Shown here in pieces: positions 59,500 to 64,000 of a stretch of DNA of 64,000 nucleotides; positions within the stretch are counted from its first letter, which is position 1; each line of letters begins with the position of its first letter. Under the pieces are notes generated by a model. It worked only from the letters and a program-made list of their open reading frames with translations, was not told the origin of the DNA and ran no database searches. A program made the position numbers and the translations under genes. Origin of the DNA: the human T2T-CHM13v2.0 reference genome, Homo sapiens; NCBI RefSeq assembly GCF_009914755.1, contig NC_060937.1. One strand, written 5' to 3'.

Positions 59500-59990
59500 C
59501 ATCTCACTGTACTAACCATGGAGTTTGATGCTATGACTGTGGAGACAAAAGCCAGCATTCCTTTCCTCAAAAGTTATCTGACTGAATTCCCACAAATATA
59601 GTTCAGAAAGCAAGCAGAAATAGGTGACATGCACTGAGAGGGGTCATTGTAGAAGCTCATGAAAAGATAACCTAACCCACGTTGAAGGTATAATGGAAAC
59701 TCTTCTGTGAGAGGTAATATTGGAGCTCAATACTTAAGTATTTGTAAGAAATACCCAGATATAGGAGAGAGAATGTACATTTCAGATAAAGCAATGTGTA
59801 AAAATACTGAGATGTTTGATTAACATATGTTGTGTTTGCATTTGAACAGCTGCAAGTTGCTCAGCATGTGTCATTAAGGTGCCTGTGAGGAAAGTAATCA
59901 ACAGGGCTGGAAAGTTAGGCAACAGTGAGCGGTAAAGGTCTTATTAATTCAAGAACTATGAAAATATAACAGAGGCCATGATGATTCAAA
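59500..59990 (-). mobile_element. L2 fragment
   Basis: cattcctttcctcaaaagtt...acctaaccc...cttctgtgagaggtaatattggagctcaatactt...gggctggaaagttaggca, typical of eroded L2. Confidence 0.55.
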
Positions 59991-60716
59991 ATTTCTATGT
60001 GGAAATATTTTAGGAGTGTCAAACTTGAATACACAGGGAGGTACTGTTAAGGTATTATTTGGAAGATAAGCTTGCATATTAAACATTCTGTTCTTAGAAT
60101 ATCTGTTTCTTTTTCTGCCAGATTTGGGAAGATCCTGACTTTATATGATATTGATACAGCCACTCTTTGTTAGGATTATTCTTTAGATAGTATGTCTTTT
60201 CCTATTATTTTACTTTCACCAATATGTCTTCATTTTTATTGTTTATTTCTAGTAGACAGGAAGTGCATCGTTGTGTTTTTTTAATACAATCTATCCCTTT
60301 TAACTGGACTGTTTAGACCACTTATATTTAGTGATATGGTTCGATTTAAATGTACCATCATGCTCTATGTGTTATGTTAGTCCCAACTGGCCTTTGTTCC
60401 TTATTTCTTTTTCTCTGCCATATTTTATCAAACAAGACTTAATTATTATTTTAGATTGAGGGGATACATGTGCAGGTTTGTTACACGGGTATATTGTGTG
60501 ATGCTAAGGTTTGAGCTTCTAATGATCTCATCATCCAAGCAATGAACAAAGTACCCTATAGGTTAGTTTTTCAACTCTTCTCCCCTCTCTCCCTCCATCC
60601 TTTTGGAATCCCCAAAAGAGGATTTCTGCTTGCTTTCTGAACTATATTTTTGGGAATACAGTCAAAGAACTTTTGAGGAAAGGAATGCTGGTTTTTGTCT
60701 CCACAGTCATAGCATC
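59527..60716. repeat. 95-bp inverted repeat pair (59527-59621 and 60622-60716)
   Basis: Manual reverse-complement alignment gives 90/95 identity with no gaps. Confidence 0.95.
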
Positions 60717-61390
60717 TGTTCCCATCTAGCATTGTTGCCATCTTTGTGTTTGTGAGTACCCAACGTATTTGGTTTTCTGTTCCTGCATTAATTTATTTAG
60801 GATAATAACCTCTAGCTTCATACATGTTGCTGCAAAGGACATGATTTTGTTTTTGTTTTTTTATGACTGTGTAGTATTCCTTGGTGTATATGTGCACATT
60901 ATCTTTATCCAATTCACCGGTGATGGGCAGTTGGGTTGATTCCATGTCTTTGCTACTGTGAATAGTGCTACAATGCACATATGACTGCAGGTGTCTTTTC
61001 AGTAGAACGATTTATTTTCATTTAGATATATACCCAGTTATAGAATTCCCGGGGTAAATGACAGTTTTACTTTTAGTTCTTTGCAAAAATCTCCAAACTT
61101 CTTTCCACAGGATCTGGACTAATTTGCATTCTCACCAGCAGTGAATGTGTTCCCTTATCTCCGCAACCTTGCCAACATTTGTTATTTTTTTGACTTCATA
61201 ATAATAGCCATTCTACTGATGTGAGAGATGGTATCTTGTGGTTTTGATTTGCATCTCTTTAATGATTAATGATGCTGGGCATTTTTTTTCATGTTTGTTG
61301 GCTGCTTGTGTATCTTCTTTTTTGAAGTGTCTATTCATGTCCTTTGCCAACTTTTTATTTGAGTTAATTTTTTTCTTGTTGATTTTAAAG
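60445..61390 (-). mobile_element. L1PA16/L1PB-like 3' end
   Basis: atacatgtgcaggtttgttacacgggtatattgtgtgatgctaaggtttg...gtggttttgatttgcatctct. Confidence 0.88.
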
Positions 61391-61867
61391 AAGATTCCTG
61401 GATATTTAATTTTATCTCTTCTATTGACTCAATTCACCTTTTAATTTTATTTTAGCAAATTCTCTAGAATTTACAACATATATGTTATAATATTGTTCTA
61501 TGTTATATATAATATAGTCTTCTGCTTCATGTATAATTTATGTACCATATAACGATATGCTTCAATTTTCTCTCCTCCTGTCTTTTCTTTTTTTGTTGTT
61601 GTTGGGTTTTATTTATTTATCTTTGTTTTTGTTTTATTTTCTTCTCTCCTCCTGTCTTTTGTGATAGTACCCTCATATGTTTTTCTTTCAATATATGTTA
61701 TGAACCCCACAATGCATTGCTTCTATGTTGTTTAAGGTCAAACTTTTACAATAAATTTTAAAAATGAGAAAAAAATTATTTTATGTTTACCTATGCCTTT
61801 ATATTTCTGGGCCATGTCTTAGTTGTCTAGGTCTTAGTTTCATTTCCAGTTGTTTTCCTTCTGCCCT

Positions 61868-62330
61868 TCACATGTGAAGGTTTGTTATGTAGGTAAACAT
61901 ATGTCATGGGGGTTTGTTGTACATATTATTTCATCACCCAAGTATTAAGCCCCAGTACCTAATAGTTATTTTTTCTGCTCCTCTCCTTCCTCCCACACTC
62001 CCTCCCCAAGTCGGCTCCAGTGTCTGTTGTTTCCTTCTTTGTGTTCATAAGTTCTTATCATTTAGCTCCCACTTGTAAGTAGGAACGTGTGGTATTTGAT
62101 TCTCTGTTTGTGTGTTAGTTTGCTAGGGATAGTAGTCTCCAGCTCCAGCCATGTTCCTGTGAAAGACATGATCTCGGTCTCTTTCTATGGTTGCATAGTT
62201 TTCCATAGTGTATCTGTACCATGTTTTCTTTGTCCAATCTGTCATTGATGGGCATTTAGGTTGATTCCATGTCTTTGTTATTGTGAATAGTGCTGCAATG
62301 AACATTCACATGCATGTGTCTTTATGGTGA
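61868..62330 (-). mobile_element. L1PA13/15-like 3' end
   Basis: gtcatgggggtttgttgtacatattatttcatcaccc...; ORF2 tail MFIAALFTITKTWNQPKCPS. Confidence 0.88.
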
Positions 62331-63106
62331 AAACAAATTACGGTGGGAACACATTTTTGCAGTATACAAATATTCTCAACAGATTCTCTCAGTAATTGTG
62401 TCTGAAAAAAGTGTTTATTATTCCTTGATTTTTATGGATATTTAGTCAAATATTCTATAGAATCCTGATTTAACAGCTTACTTTTTAAGCCCTTTAAGGA
62501 TGTGGTACCATTGTTATTTGCTCTGCAGTTTTTAAAAATAAAAAGCAGCACATGCGATTTTTGTAGTTGTTCCTTTTTACATAATGTGTGTGGATTTTCT
62601 TTTCTCTGTCCCTTTGTTTATTTTTTATGATGTTTTTCTTTATCATTAGTTTTTAATGTCTTTACTATAATTCAACTAGGTATTATTTTTTATGTTGATC
62701 TTGCCTAAGCTTCTTAAATATGTTGGATTCAGATTTTCATGAAATTTGAAAATTTTTTGTTCATGTTACTTCAAGTAACTTTTCTCCCATTTCCTTCATA
62801 TCCTTTCCTTCTGGAATTCTCACTAAACCAATGATGGGTTATTTGTTACTGTACTACGGGCAAACAAGATTTTGTTTTGCTGGATTTTTGGCATTTTTTG
62901 CTAACTATATTTTAATTTAAATTGTTTTCATTGCCCTTTATTCAGGTTCATTGGCTTGATCAATTTTTTTTCTGTAGTTTCTAATCTGCCATTCAGCCAT
63001 AAGGTTTTTATTTCACATTTTGTATTTTTCAGGTCTAGAATTTTCATTTGGCTCTTTCTTATAGTTTTTGTTTCTACTTTGATTACATTCATATTTTTTC
63101 CAAGTC

Positions 63107-63176
63107 ATATATATACATACACACATGCACACACACATACACACACATATATGTGTGTGTGTATATATATATATAC
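63107..63176. repeat. Alternating purine-pyrimidine (TA/CA/TG) tract
   Basis: Includes the perfect 22-bp palindrome acacacacatatatgtgtgtgt (63139-63160). Confidence 0.85.
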
Positions 63177-63716
63177 TGAAGTCCATTAATTCTTATTTCA
63201 TCATTTCTGTCATTCATGAGTTTTTATTCTATTCAGTGACTTTCCTTCTGGTTATAGGATACAAGTTCTTGCCTTATCACATATCTAAAAATTGTGCACT
63301 GAGTATTGTAAATATTGTTGAGTATCTGGATTTTATTTTCTTTTAAAAAGAGTGTTGAGTTTTGGTTTGGCAGGCACTTTATTTGATCAGTTTGATCCTT
63401 TTGAGATTTATTTTTCAGCTTTGTGAGGAGGAGTATAAAATACCTTTTTGCCCTAGGACTAGTAGTTGTACACTATATCTATTTTGAGGCCTTTCTGGAA
63501 TATCTACTGAATGTCGTATATATTCAGCAGGATCTCTACACACAAGTTGTTCATATCATGAATTCTCTCAACCCTGTGAGATCTAAGAATTCTATAGGTG
63601 CCAGTTCCTTTTCAGTTAATCTTTTCCTGGTAGATATTATTTGCCTGTCTACATTCTACACACATGTAGCTTAGAATTAAGACCAAGGTTGAAGGGAATC
63701 TAGTACAGATTTCTGG

Positions 63717-64000
63717 GTTTTGTTTGTTTGTTTGTTTTTTGAGAAGGAGTCTTGCTCTGTCACCCAGGCTGGAGTGCAGTGGTGCAACCTTGGCTTACTG
63801 CAACCTCCGCCTCCCGGGTTCAAGCAGTCCTTCTGCTCAGCCTCCCCAGTAGCTGGGATTACAGGTGTACACCACCATGCTCAGCTAATTTTTGTCTTTT
63901 AATAGAGATGGGTTTTCACCATGTTGGCCAGACAGGTCTCAAGCTCCTGACCTCAAGTGATCCGCCTGCCTTGGCCTCCCAAAATGCTGGGATGACAAGC
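63717..64000 (-). mobile_element. AluS, cut by the window end
   Basis: (GTTT)n tail then antisense Alu; cctgacctcaagtgatcc. Confidence 0.92.

Larger units (their letters stand above)
60120..63710 (-). mobile_element. Old fragmented L1M(E), interrupted by two younger L1 3' ends
   Basis: tgatattgatacagccactc...ttttactttcacc...gtttagaccacttatatttagtg; continues at ~61400-61860 and ~62340-63710 (tgtatttttcaggtctagaattttcatttggctc). Confidence 0.65.

Overview
AT-rich, repeat-dense human genomic DNA (a human-lineage AluYa5 is present). I found no intact protein-coding gene, RNA gene or CRISPR array. The only gene-derived sequence is a degraded, intronless DNAJA1 (Hsp40) processed pseudogene on the minus strand at the left edge. 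The rest is transposon relics: 14 Alu-type elements, a near full-length old L1PA, two 5'-inverted L1s, older L1M/L2/CR1/MIR fragments, solo LTRs (LTR12C, THE1, MSTA, MLT1, MER67) and hAT DNA-transposon fragments. The sequence does not support a new biological system. The most unusual signals are mutational scars: three locally templated insertions (95-bp inverted copy from ~1 kb away, 21-bp direct copy from ~1.4 kb away, and a fold-back palindrome inside an Alu), a three-armed Alu with one TSD pair, a likely short L1 3' transduction, a perfect heat-shock element at the retrocopy 5' end, and a strong minus-strand bias of retro-insertions. Subfamily names are from recalled consensus sequences and need RepeatMasker/Dfam confirmation.
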